DNA of 64,000 bases from Candidatus Bathyarchaeota archaeon (GCA_963767735.1 CAVYES010000008.1:128001-192000), one strand, 5' to 3'; shown: positions 1-9,551, numbered from the stretch's first letter. Notes: a model not told the origin generated them from the letters alone. Numbers and translations: made by a program.

Positions 1-1095
1 GGCGACTTTTTCGGCGTCAAACTCCAGCACACCTTTTTCACTGTAAACAAAGGGTGAAGTCTTCAGTTTCTGCAAGACCTCATTTACTTGGGCGCTCCAC
101 ACGAAGTCGCTTTCCCAATCCCACGAGTCATAAGTAACCTCAACCCTCTTCATGGTTTCCCTGAAACCTTCAAGGCACAAGTCGCTGACTTCACGAATAA
201 GCTGTTTAGCGAGGGGTTCTCCATCCTCGTAAGCTCGGTTCAGCCTGTTTATTTCTTCCTCTGGATTTTGGTCTTCACCGATTTTAGTCATCAACGCTTC
301 AAAGAGCACTGGGTATTTTTCTTTAAGCTCCGCGGCAATTGACATCCACTCGTCAATTTCCTTATTTGCTTTAACTAAATCGTCACTTGAATGGATCGCA
401 ATGGCTAGTTCACGCATTTTTTTTAAACGATTAATTTCAACAAGACAACTGGTAACAGTGTAAATTTTGCCAATGAAAAGGTCTGGTTTCTCTGTTGGTT
501 TTGGTCTGCCGAGCTTTTCGTAACCATAAGAAACAACAGATGATTGCCTGCCAACATCATCAATGTAGTAATGGCGTGAAACCTTATTTCCCCTGCACTC
601 CAAAATGCGCGCTAAAGCGTCACCTAACATAGGATTTCTGGCTTGCCCAATATGGATTGGATGAAGCGGATTAACACTTGTGTGTTCCAAGATAATTTTA
701 GTCGGCTCAGCAGTCTTAACAAAGCCATAATCAAACTTTAACTGCTTAACCGATCCCAAGGTTAAAGCTGAAAACTTGGGGAAGTTAACGTGAAAATTTA
801 TGTACCCTGCACCTGCACATGAAACCTTCTCAATCAGTTTAAAGCTGGATTTATCAATTGCAGCAACAAGATGCGCCGCAAGGTCTAGCGGTTTTTGGTT
901 TAGCTTCTTTGCCAACTCGAAACATAACGATGAAGCCAACTGACCATATTCAATGTTCGGTGTTTTACTGAGCGTTATATTTGGCGTTTTTACCTCTGGC
1001 AAAGCCTTCTTCAGCGCTTTCGCTAAAGCTGTTTGGCATTCTTGGCGAAATTGATCGAATGGATTTTCCGAAATCACTGAACTTCTCCCTGCCAT
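1..1095 (-). CDS. argS: Arginyl-tRNA synthetase, 5' part (runs off window start)
   Basis: Manual translation from ATG at 1095: ...PNIEYGQLASSLCFELAK...GAGYINF...ILEHTSVNPLHPIHIGQARNPMLGDALARIL...HYYIDDVGRQ; class I HIGH-like motif in ArgRS context. Confidence 0.95.
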   Translation of the reverse strand, partial: MAGRSSVISENPFDQFRQECQTALAKALKKALPEVKTPNITLSKTPNIEYGQLASSLCFELAKKLNQKPLDLAAHLVAAIDKSSFKLIEKVSCAGAGYINFHVNFPKFSALTLGSVKQLKFDYGFVKTAEPTKIILEHTSVNPLHPIHIGQARNPMLGDALARILECRGNKVSRHYYIDDVGRQSSVVSYGYEKLGRPKPTEKPDLFIGKIYTVTSCLVEINRLKKMRELAIAIHSSDDLVKANKEIDEWMSIAAELKEKYPVLFEALMTKIGEDQNPEEEINRLNRAYEDGEPLAKQLIREVSDLCLEGFRETMKRVEVTYDSWDWESDFVWSAQVNEVLQKLKTSPFVYSEKGVLEFDAEKVA

Positions 1096-1163
1096 TTTCC
1101 TGGAGTCTAACTTTGTTGAGGTTATGTTTTTTAAATATGTAAGCGTACTTATCTGTCTAATGG

Positions 1164-2021
1164 ATGCAGCAGGCGATGAAAACAAAGGTAATTTATTCAG
1201 AAAAATGTTTAGGCTACGGTACATGGCACATTGAAGGACCACAACGAGTAAAAATTGCATCTGAAATCCTGAAAGCAAAAGGTTATGAGTTTTTGGAGCC
1301 AACGCCTGCAAGTGAAGAAGACTTGTTAACTGTTCATGATGCGGATTACCTTTGGAACCTAAAGAAAGGTTTGGTTGAAGATTCAGATACACCTGCATAC
1401 GACAAAATCTACGAGTTTGCCAAGCTTTCGGTTGGCGGTGCACTTTTAGCCTCAAGAATTAACGGTTTTTCGCTTATGCGTCCGCCAGGACATCATGTTG
1501 GCAGAAATGGCGCTGCTTTGGGCGTTTACACGCGTGGGTTTTGCTATCTCAACAACATTGCGATAGCTGTTAAAAAGTTGGGCAAAAGAACCCTGATTCT
1601 GGATATTGACGGACACCACGGCAACGGAACTCAGGAGATTTTTCAAGGTGACAAGAAAATCCTTTACGTTTCTCTGCATCAATCGCCAAATTATCCTGGA
1701 ACCGGCTCTTTCGCTGAAGGTAATACTGTTAATTTTGCGTTGCCAGCAAATTGTGGTGGAAAACTGTATTTGGAGACGCTTGAAAAAGCCTTAGGAACGG
1801 TTGATTTGGGCAGGTTTGAGGTGATTGCAGTTTCTGCTGGTTTCGATACGCATCTAGGTGATTTAGCATCTTTAGGCTTAATTGAACAAGATTATTTTGA
1901 AATTGGCAAAAGGGTTGCTTTGCTCGGGAAGCCCACGTTTTTTGTTTTGGAAGGAGGTTACATAGGTGAAAAGGTTGGGGTGGATATTGATTTGTTTTTG
2001 AAAGGTTACGAAGAAACATAA
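1164..2021 (+). CDS. Histone deacetylase family protein
   Basis: RPPGHH, GFCYLNN, DIDGHHGNGTQ, SAGFD, LEGGY motifs. Confidence 0.95.
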   Translation: MQQAMKTKVIYSEKCLGYGTWHIEGPQRVKIASEILKAKGYEFLEPTPASEEDLLTVHDADYLWNLKKGLVEDSDTPAYDKIYEFAKLSVGGALLASRINGFSLMRPPGHHVGRNGAALGVYTRGFCYLNNIAIAVKKLGKRTLILDIDGHHGNGTQEIFQGDKKILYVSLHQSPNYPGTGSFAEGNTVNFALPANCGGKLYLETLEKALGTVDLGRFEVIAVSAGFDTHLGDLASLGLIEQDYFEIGKRVALLGKPTFFVLEGGYIGEKVGVDIDLFLKGYEET

Positions 2022-2033
2022 TTTAGGAAAAAG

Positions 2034-2654
2034 TTATTTTTGTCTTTTCGCCATTGCCTTCTTATTTAACGTTTCAAGTGTCTGTGTGACTTTTTCAGAG
2101 CGTTTCTCTGCAACTGCTAACAAGGGCTTCCAGTCTTTATTTTTGACCGTAATTGTTAGTTGGTCGCATTGACCAGGTAGTTTTTCTAGTGCGCCGTTGA
2201 AGAGTTTTTCTGCAGCTTCATCTGAATCCACTATTTCCAGTGCTTCTTCTGGGCAGGCCTCTTTGCATTTTGGTTCGCCTTGGCAGAGGTCGCATGCAAT
2301 GGCTTTTCCTGTGTCACAGTTGATGGTGATTCCGCCATGCTCACAGGCTTGTACGCACCAGTCGCAACCTTTACATTTTTTTTCATCTATGAGCAGTAAG
2401 CCCGTTTCTTCTGATTGTGATAGTGCATTTTCCGGACATGCTTTGACACATCGGGCATCTTTGCAGGCTCGACATGAAAGTGCAAAGTTGAAGAGCGGCG
2501 CCATGCGGACAACTCGGATTCTGGATTTCATTGGGTTCCAGATGCCTTCGCCTTTTTCCAGCGTGCAAGCATATTCGCAGATCCCACAGCCAATGCACTT
2601 GCCTGGGTCAACGGCTACGAATTTTCTTTTTTGTTCGGTTTTAGCGGATTGCAT
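2034..2654 (-). CDS. 4Fe-4S dicluster protein (DmsB/HycB-like electron transfer subunit)
   Basis: Four CxxCxx(x)CxxxC ferredoxin motifs. Confidence 0.9.
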   Translation of the reverse strand: MQSAKTEQKRKFVAVDPGKCIGCGICEYACTLEKGEGIWNPMKSRIRVVRMAPLFNFALSCRACKDARCVKACPENALSQSEETGLLLIDEKKCKGCDWCVQACEHGGITINCDTGKAIACDLCQGEPKCKEACPEEALEIVDSDEAAEKLFNGALEKLPGQCDQLTITVKNKDWKPLLAVAEKRSEKVTQTLETLNKKAMAKRQK

Positions 2655-2805
2655 TTTGAATCAGCCTTTTGATGTTTGAATATTGTGCGCGCCATTAGCT
2701 TTTAACCGTTACTTATAAAAAATGATTTTTTGATGAAAAACTTGCTCTGCAAATAATTTGCATCTTATCGGCGATAAGCGTTTGAAATAAAAAAAGGGAA
2801 AGATG

Positions 2806-3516
2806 CTATAGCTGTTTTCCGCATTGGGGGCAATAAGTTGCATCTGGCTTTACTTGTGCGCCGCAGTAGGAGCAGTATCGCGCTGTTTGAGATGGCTGTG
2901 ATGTAGTTTCTGTAGTGGAAGGCTGAGTGTAACTGTAGGGTTGAGAGGTTTGTTGTTTCTGTTGCGGAGATTTCATAGCAAAAAAGCCAATTACTGCAAA
3001 TATCCAAGCGATGAATATCAGTATTAGGCCGATGCCAAACAATATTGTCAGTAATGAGCCCCACCAAAGTAGGGTGCTCGCAGTTGTAAACGAGTGTTCT
3101 CCTGATTTCTGCGCAAGCGCGTTGAAGGTTTGTTTTAGGTGCACTGCTGCAAGTACATAGAATATGAAGGCAATGATAATCCCGCCAAGGAAAACTGCTA
3201 ATCCTATTCCGAATCCTGCCGTGAGTGTAAAGCTTGAATTAAATTTAAAGCCTGTTGCGGTTCCAACGCCGATTAATATTCCTGTAATGGCTACTGCCAC
3301 AGCTATCAAAGCGATTATGTAGTATTTGACGCCTGTCAATGCGTTCTGATAGAGTTCGTTGTCTTGATAATAATTTGCAAGTTCCTTGAGTCCTCTTAGA
3401 AGCAATATTACACCGATGATTCCCAATACCCATCCGACGTAAGGAACTATACCGAGTATAAGCAGTATCGATCCTTCGCCACACAATGTTTTGCTGTATT
3501 CGAAACTTGTACCCAT
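2806..3516 (-). CDS. DUF996-like membrane protein with C-terminal zinc ribbon
   Basis: Several TM segments, GSILLILGIVPYVGWVLGIIG, C-terminal YCSYCG...YCPQCG; start at ATG 3516 inferred. Confidence 0.8.
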   Translation of the reverse strand: MGTSFEYSKTLCGEGSILLILGIVPYVGWVLGIIGVILLLRGLKELANYYQDNELYQNALTGVKYYIIALIAVAVAITGILIGVGTATGFKFNSSFTLTAGFGIGLAVFLGGIIIAFIFYVLAAVHLKQTFNALAQKSGEHSFTTASTLLWWGSLLTILFGIGLILIFIAWIFAVIGFFAMKSPQQKQQTSQPYSYTQPSTTETTSQPSQTARYCSYCGAQVKPDATYCPQCGKQL

Positions 3517-3577
3517 TTGTTTTTTTCCTCCTAATTTTTGATTCCTGAAAACCATACAAGTCATAGGCGGGTTATAG

Positions 3578-3634
3578 CCCTAACAGTTAGAGTTACAGAT
3601 CCAATGTTTAGAGCTGCACCTCTAAGAGTTAGAG
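3578..3634. promoter_or_regulatory. Three operator-like imperfect palindromes at 21-bp spacing
   Basis: CCCTAA-cag-TTAGAG (3578), ATCCAA-tgt-TTAGAG (3599), CTCTAA-gag-TTAGAG (3620), between divergent genes. Confidence 0.65.
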
Positions 3635-3737
3635 TCATAAGTAAACCAGCGAATTATAGTGAAAACATGGAAAGAAAATTTAGCTGCAGAGCTTTGTTTA
3701 TCTTATCGTTGTTGGTTAGCCGGAGCAGTGGATGTAA

Positions 3738-4214
3738 GTGTCTAAGCCGCGTGGAATAAGCGCTGATATTCAATCGCCTAGAACGAAGCTGCTATACTTC
3801 ATCTATTCTGCCCCAAATAGCAGAATTAGGGCTGAACCAGGCGTTAAATCAAGCGTCTCCTCTGCATTAGGCTACAAGTCAGATGGACATTTTCATTATG
3901 ACTGGAATTACTTAATGAATGCCGGTATGATAGAGGAAAAACAAGGCTATTACCTTGTGACCGATGAGGGAAAAAAGGAGTTTGCTTTGCATTCAACAGC
4001 TTCGAGAAGTAACTCGGTGATGATTTTTCTTGGAATTGCCATTGTTGCTTTTACTTTTGGGCTTGAACTGGGAATTCTTCCCATAATAAGTGTAACATTC
4101 TTCGGGATAGCGCTAATCGCTATAGGTTCCGTGTTTCTGATTATTGACCGAAAAAAGAGACCGCAATTAACGCCTGAAGCCAAAGTTTTACTCAAAGAGT
4201 TAAATCACCACTAG
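3738..4214 (+). CDS. Hypothetical protein: N-terminal winged-helix-like region plus two TM helices
   Basis: YLMNAGMIEEKQGYYLVTDEGK resembles a wHTH wing; two hydrophobic segments follow. Confidence 0.6.
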   Translation: MSKPRGISADIQSPRTKLLYFIYSAPNSRIRAEPGVKSSVSSALGYKSDGHFHYDWNYLMNAGMIEEKQGYYLVTDEGKKEFALHSTASRSNSVMIFLGIAIVAFTFGLELGILPIISVTFFGIALIAIGSVFLIIDRKKRPQLTPEAKVLLKELNHH

Positions 4215-4240
4215 AACCAACACTCAGTGAAAAGAACCTT

Positions 4241-4284
4241 TGGTGCGGAGGGTGGGACATCCACCTTATTTTACTGGTAAAAAA
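4241..4284 (-). repeat. att-like site A: tRNA-Leu 3'-end copy with CCA plus type-1 palindromic arm
   Basis: gtgcggagggtggga identical to 7457-7471; 4250-4284 matches 63320-63354 at 34/35. Confidence 0.85.
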
Positions 4285-4533
4285 TATACCTGTATGCCGT
4301 ACGAGAGTTCCAATTTCGCTCAGGCTGCAGTCAACAGTAGTAGACATGGCTTTCAAGCTTTCGAACCAATTCTTTTTGACTTGCCCCTTAAAGGTGATAG
4401 TAGTTAGAGACTCAATGCGGTACCTTTGAATTCATGGTAGTTTGGCTGACAAAAACGCAGTACAGTTATGCAATTAGCGTGGGCTGTAACTCAGCTTATA
4501 CCTCAATTTTTACTCTGAACCGAGCACAAATAG

Positions 4534-5010
4534 TTAGGTTCGTTTCAGAAAGGCTTTGGCGACTTCATGCGCCCAGTTTTTTGTTTTCTCCAGTTCTCCG
4601 TCTTTCAGTTGCATTTGATTTATCTTGCCCTCCACGTAAGCCGTTAGGGGGGGCGAAACAATCTCGAACCCCAGTTTCCGAAGTTTGCTTTCCATTGTTT
4701 TAGTAGCACTTCCAATGCCTCCTATCCTGGATTTCACTTCTGTGTCAAAAACGGCTGCGAACTTGCCAGAAAATTCTTTATCTTTGAAACTACCAAGGAA
4801 TTCCATTATTCCTTTCGTTGCTCTAAAATACATTTTGGGCGCTCCAACGACCAGACGATCATAACTGCTGACTGTTGTCCGATTAACATTCTCAATGGAT
4901 ATAGACTCAGCCTCAATTCCTTCACCCTTCAGGATATCGCCGATAGCTTCAGCGACCTTCGCTGTTAACTTCATAGGGGAAACCGAGTCGTATACAACTA
5001 AAACTTTCAT
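4534..5010 (-). CDS. Flavodoxin-family protein
   Basis: MKVLVVYDS...TAKVAEAI, YDRLVVGAP, GKFAAVFDT. Confidence 0.85.
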   Translation of the reverse strand: MKVLVVYDSVSPMKLTAKVAEAIGDILKGEGIEAESISIENVNRTTVSSYDRLVVGAPKMYFRATKGIMEFLGSFKDKEFSGKFAAVFDTEVKSRIGGIGSATKTMESKLRKLGFEIVSPPLTAYVEGKINQMQLKDGELEKTKNWAHEVAKAFLKRT

Positions 5011-5139
5011 TCAACAACACCTTCCAACAATCTAGTCACTTCTCCCTTAAGAGAGTAACTAAAGCAGACCAAAGTTTCGAGCCGATCGTAAAAATCGAGT
5101 TTACTTTGCCAGATTAAGCCTGGAATAACCCTGAAATCG

Positions 5140-5182
5140 TGGTGCGGAGGGATAGGTTTACATTCACGTTTAAATTTCACAC
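5140..5182 (-). repeat. att-like site B: tRNA-Leu 3'-end copy with CCA plus type-2 arm
   Basis: tggtgcggagggataggtttacattcacgtttaaatttc; 34/37 identical to 6279-6315. Confidence 0.85.
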
Positions 5183-5257
5183 AAGAAAAGCCAATGAAAT
5201 CTAATCATCACGCCATTCTCTAAACATTGGGCAAGCTGGACCGGACTTCTCCCAAAC

Positions 5258-5497
5258 ATAGAAAACTCCGCAGCTTCAAGCTGAAATTGCTGCTGGAAAC
5301 AAGAAAGTCAGCGTTTTAGGAGAAGCGGTTGATCAACAATGTTTCCAGTTGAATCTAGTGATCTTGCACCAATAATCCTCGGAGAGGACATAAGATTATT
5401 TGAAAAGTTGAGTTCAAGACCAATTGAGTTGGAAAGATTTGAGGTTACCTCAATCGCTGGTGTTACAAGTCTTCAATTCAAGGTAGTAAACAGTTAG
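5258..5497 (+). pseudogene. Degraded C-terminal fragment of a DHFR/RibD-C family gene
   Basis: Manual translation across shifts: IENS..LQAEIAAGNKKVSVLGEAVDQQCFQLNLV / DLAPIILGEDIRLFEKLSSRPIELERFEVTSIAGVTSLQFKVVNS*. Confidence 0.7.
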
Positions 5498-5584
5498 TGC
5501 GCCGTGAAAAAAGTTTAAACGCTTGGCTAAAGCTAGTAAAGTAATAAGGCAAACAATATTTTTCAAGCGCGGAAGAATGATACT

Positions 5585-6193
5585 ATGAGAAAAATTATTG
5601 TCTTATCTTTTATAACACTCGACGGCATCATGCAGGCTCCTGGTGGACCCAAAGAGGATATAAGCGGCGGCTTCAAATACGGTGGATGGGCAGTTCCGTA
5701 TTTTGACGATTTTGCGGGCAAAGTCATGAGCGAGCAGATGGGACATCCGTTTGATCTCTTGCTCGGTCGAAAGACCTACGACATCTTCGTCAACTATTGG
5801 CCTGATCATAATGACCCAAAGGACCCTGTCGGCTCCGGGATCAACAAAGCAACAAAATTTGTGGCTTCCCGCTCACTCTTCAAATCAGACTGGGCAGGCA
5901 CTGTAATGTTACAAGGTGATGTTGCTGAAGCAATAAAGAAGTTAAAACAGCAATATGGGCCGGAGCTTCAAGTTCATGGAAGCGGCAATCTCATTCAGAC
6001 GCTCCTGAAACAGGATTTGGTTGATGAATTGTGGCTCAAAATCTTCCCAATAACGCTCGGCTCTGGGAAGCGGCTATTTGCCGACGGAACAGTATCGTCT
6101 GCATTTACGCTCATAGAGTCCAAAACCTCCCCGAAGGGAGTGATTATCGCATCCTACAAGCGAGTTGGAAAGGTCGAAACAGGATCGTTTTGA
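5585..6193 (+). CDS. Dihydrofolate reductase / RibD C-terminal domain family protein
   Basis: ITLDGIMQAPGGP, LLLGRKTY, VHGSGNLIQTLL...DLVDEL...PITLGSGKRLF. Confidence 0.92.
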   Translation: MRKIIVLSFITLDGIMQAPGGPKEDISGGFKYGGWAVPYFDDFAGKVMSEQMGHPFDLLLGRKTYDIFVNYWPDHNDPKDPVGSGINKATKFVASRSLFKSDWAGTVMLQGDVAEAIKKLKQQYGPELQVHGSGNLIQTLLKQDLVDELWLKIFPITLGSGKRLFADGTVSSAFTLIESKTSPKGVIIASYKRVGKVETGSF

Positions 6194-6278
6194 ACGAATT
6201 TAAAGTGGCAAATTTGCAATCGTGACCTATTTTTCTGAAATAGCCCATAATCAAACTCTATTTGGCGAAATGGGCAAA

Positions 6279-6315
6279 GTGCGGAGGGTGAGGTTTACAT
6301 TCACGTGTAAATTTC
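6279..6315 (-). repeat. att-like site C: tRNA-Leu 3'-end copy plus type-2 arm
   Basis: gtgcggagggtg identical to the tRNA end; TTTACA-ttcacg-TGTAAA inverted repeat. Confidence 0.85.
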
Positions 6316-6365
6316 GCCCAACGAGCCGCGAGCAATTTGTCATTAATCGGAATTAATCGAAGGCA

Positions 6366-7164
6366 TCAGGAGATGCTCTTTGACTTACGTTTCCTGTTAC
6401 GAATATACAAAACCGATGCGCCAGCTGCCACAACTGCTACCACGGCTGCAACGACAACGTACATGGCAAGAGTTGTGGTTGAAAGAGTGGAAGATGGAGC
6501 AAGAGTGGCAATTGGCCCGATGGAACTTTCCTCCCACCATGCGACAGTCGAATTGACTGTTTCGACTGCCTGAGACATATCTTGTTGACTGAGTCCTCCA
6601 GAATCAGTAATCGTCTGGTTTGCCTGCAGCAAGGCGGTGCTGTTACTTGCGAGGTCTTGAACCTCAACCAAGCCCTCAATTACCATCACATTAGCGGTGC
6701 CATTCTCATATGCTGCCGCAGTAAATTCAGTTCCCCGAACCCCAACAACAGCTGTCACACCAATATCAGCATCCCAATTATCGGATCCACCAGTTGCGCT
6801 TTCGATGTATGCCCAAAACCTACCTAACCAGGAGATAAAGGAGGTGGTGAAGGCCGTGAGGGTCATTATAAGCGACAGTTGTATTCTGATCAAATACGAT
6901 TTCACCGCCTGAGAATTGGATTAACAGTACACTATTCGGTCCTGTCATAATAGTGTCCCCTAAACTTATAGTGTCAGAGGGAACTAAAGGTGCCCATTCA
7001 ATGCCTCCATTGGAGCTTATCTGGACTGTCCCAGACACCCTTTGAACGGTAATAGGTTGCTCTGTGGACCCATTAACTGCGGGTGCAAGTGCTGGAATTG
7101 ATGTGAATGCCGCCGCTACTATGATAGCCGCCATGATTAATGCCATACTATAACTGTAGCCCAC
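6366..7164 (-). CDS. FecR-like domain surface protein with C-terminal TM anchor (frameshift near 6870)
   Basis: Two ORFs join: signal peptide, GDTIMTGPNS, then AVVGVRGTEF...VMVIEGLVEV, TM and basic tail. Confidence 0.75.
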
Positions 7165-7457
7165 ACTTGCCCCTCCGCAAAGTTCTTCCAAGTAAAAACT
7201 TTCAATCTCTAATTTAAAACCTTTGCAAATATGCCTAAAAAGTCGGTTAGATACAAAGTTGCACAAATCAAGCAACTCAAGGTTAGCTGAGTTGCATCTA
7301 GCGTATTCAAAGCATGCTGTATCCCATTGATCAGGCGCTTGTTAGAATAAGCACATGACCCCTTGAAATCATGTCTAAACTCAGCGCGATTCGCGAAAAG
7401 GCTTTACTTTCAAAATAGGTAGCATTCAGGCTTTATTTTGCAAAATGGGGGCAAAAG

Positions 7458-7542
7458 TGCGGAGGGTGGGATTTGAACCCACGAACCCCTGCGGGATAGG
7501 AGCCTCAGTCCTACGCCTTTGACCATGCTGGGCGACCTCCGC
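7458..7542 (-). tRNA. tRNA-Leu(GAG), no intron, CCA not encoded
   Basis: GCGGAGG/CCTCCGC acceptor stem, TAGGA-CTGAGGC-TCCTA anticodon arm, long variable arm, GGTTCAAATCC T arm. Confidence 0.97.
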
Positions 7543-7826
7543 AAACATATTTTTTGCTGATTGAGGTTGGTGCGAAATATAGAATTAGTCATGACATTTA
7601 AAGACTTTACTTTGCAGGTTGACTGTTAAGTGTTAAATGTGTTTATTACTGAAAAGGTTCCATGGGCAAGCTGATATTTGTAATTTTCCTGATTACATGC
7701 GAACGCTTAACTTGGCACAGTCTTGTTAAGAACCTCAATAAGCACAAACGTTAACATTTAAGTTCGATGTTTGCAAGACGCTTCTCTTATATTCTCCGTT
7801 TTCCCATATTTGGGGAAGGGAAGAAA

Positions 7827-8885
7827 ATGACCGCAAAAGTTGACCAGTCCCGCCCGAAAGATTGCAAGGAATGTGCAGAGAAAAATCTGGAAGTTGACTG
7901 CTGGAACCCGGATAGAATGCTTGATGCATTAATGCACAATCACGATAAGGTTGAGCAGGATTGGATGGATAAAGGCTTACCGAAACTAGTAGACGAAATG
8001 ATGGCTAATTACCAAATCTTCGGTGGCATGGATCACCTTGAAGGGCGAGACTTGCCGTCAAAAAAAATAGTTACTGAAGTGTTAGAAGATTTATTCAGAA
8101 TTCTTTTCCCGGGCTATTTGGGTAAGGAAGAGATTACCAAGGCCAACGTAAAATATCATCTTGGCACGACTTTAACCTCGGTTAACACACGGCTCACCGA
8201 AGAAGTCAAGAAAAGTCTAAAGTATATTTGCCGGAAAATAAGCGGGTGCCCACAAGATGTGTGCCAAAGGAGAGCCGACGTCGTTGTTAAAGAGCTTCTC
8301 GAAAAGCTGCCTGAAATTAGGTCAATGTTAAGCGGAGACATCCAAGCCGCTTATGCAGGAGATCCAGCAGCGATAAGTATAGAAGAAGTCATTCTAAGCT
8401 ACCCATGTGTATTGGCGATAACGACTAACAGGATAGCCCACGAACTTTACCTTCAAGGCGTCCCATTGATTCCGAGGATAATGAGCGAGCATGTGCATTC
8501 CTTAACCGGCATAGATATTCATCCGGGCGCAAAAATAGGCAAAAACTTCTTTATCGACCACGGCACCGGAGTAGTCATCGGGGAAACCACAGAAATAGGC
8601 GACAACGTCAAGCTTTACCAAGGGGTAACCTTAGGCGCGCTGAGTTTTCCAAAAGATGAGAAAGGAAATATTATCAAAGGAAGAAAGAGACATCCAACGG
8701 TTGGAAGTAATGTGGTTATCTATTCAGGCGCAACTCTTCTTGGACCAGATGCAATAATCGGTGATAACGTGGTCATAGGCGGAAATGTCTGGATAACCTC
8801 ACCAGTTGCTTCAGGAACAACAATTACCATTGCTGCACCAGAACAAAACTATAAAAAAGAAAAACACTCGGAAAAATCAAACTAG
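7827..8885 (+). CDS. cysE: Serine O-acetyltransferase
   Basis: [42 protein letters not shown]. Confidence 0.92.
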   Translation: MTAKVDQSRPKDCKECAEKNLEVDCWNPDRMLDALMHNHDKVEQDWMDKGLPKLVDEMMANYQIFGGMDHLEGRDLPSKKIVTEVLEDLFRILFPGYLGKEEITKANVKYHLGTTLTSVNTRLTEEVKKSLKYICRKISGCPQDVCQRRADVVVKELLEKLPEIRSMLSGDIQAAYAGDPAAISIEEVILSYPCVLAITTNRIAHELYLQGVPLIPRIMSEHVHSLTGIDIHPGAKIGKNFFIDHGTGVVIGETTEIGDNVKLYQGVTLGALSFPKDEKGNIIKGRKRHPTVGSNVVIYSGATLLGPDAIIGDNVVIGGNVWITSPVASGTTITIAAPEQNYKKEKHSEKSN

Positions 8886-9331
8886 AGAAGGCGGAAGTTT
8901 TCTTTCACCGTAGTCAAAACTACATGCGTGTTTGTTCGCTCAATAAATGGCAAAGATAACAATCGCTTAGTGAACTGCCCAAGGTCTTCTCGACTTTTAA
9001 ACTTGGCGACAATGATGGCATCCGTCAAGCCTGTCACGTCGTAGACGCAGCATACATTGGATATTTTAGCTATTTCATTTTCAGTTTCTACAAGCCTGCC
9101 CTTTGAAACCGTGATTTCAGTTACAACTGTTAATTGGTAACCAAGTTTTTCATGATCCAGCAGAACAGAGTAGCCTTTGATGAGACCTTCATCTTCCATC
9201 TTTTTAATTCTGGACAAAACTGTTCCAACAGATACGCCGACGTTTTTGGCTATTTGCCTGCTTGAAAACCTTGCATCCTCCAAAAGACTTTTGAGGATTT
9301 TTAAATCAGTTTCATTTAAATCCGTAGCCAT
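8882..9331 (-). CDS. Lrp/AsnC family transcriptional regulator
   Basis: N-terminal HTH ([13 protein letters not shown]...[14 protein letters not shown]) and VYDVTG RAM domain. Confidence 0.95.
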   Translation of the reverse strand: MATDLNETDLKILKSLLEDARFSSRQIAKNVGVSVGTVLSRIKKMEDEGLIKGYSVLLDHEKLGYQLTVVTEITVSKGRLVETENEIAKISNVCCVYDVTGLTDAIIVAKFKSREDLGQFTKRLLSLPFIERTNTHVVLTTVKENFRLL

Positions 9332-9551
9332 ACCCTCACCCTGCACGTTCTTTCAATTAAACCCGCTTTTTTGAAACATTATTTTAATTATCACATGATT
9401 ATATTAATAAAAGTTTAGTTTCCTCATTTGAACAATCGATATTAAAGTTGAAGAAAAATCGTTTAAAGGTTCAAAAACCTCGGCTTTGACGTGAAACTGA
9501 CAGCAATCTTAAATTACCAGCAGCTTAAACTCAATAATTTGAGCCACTGCA

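Larger units (their letters stand above)
4241..7471. mobile_element. Putative tandem array of three integrated mini-elements at the tRNA-Leu 3' end
   Basis: Direct tRNA-3'-end repeats spaced 899, 1137 and 1178 bp, each enclosing accessory cargo; no integrase seen. Confidence 0.65.

Noticed and set aside
7171-7179. CCCTCCGCA matching the tRNA end on the opposite strand
   Set aside because: Only 9 nt and coincides with the likely ribosome-binding site of the FecR-like gene.
4241-7471. CRISPR array or split-tRNA interpretation of the repeats
   Set aside because: Spacing is about 1 kb with genes inside, no cas genes are present, and the fragments are too short and lack a complete T-arm.
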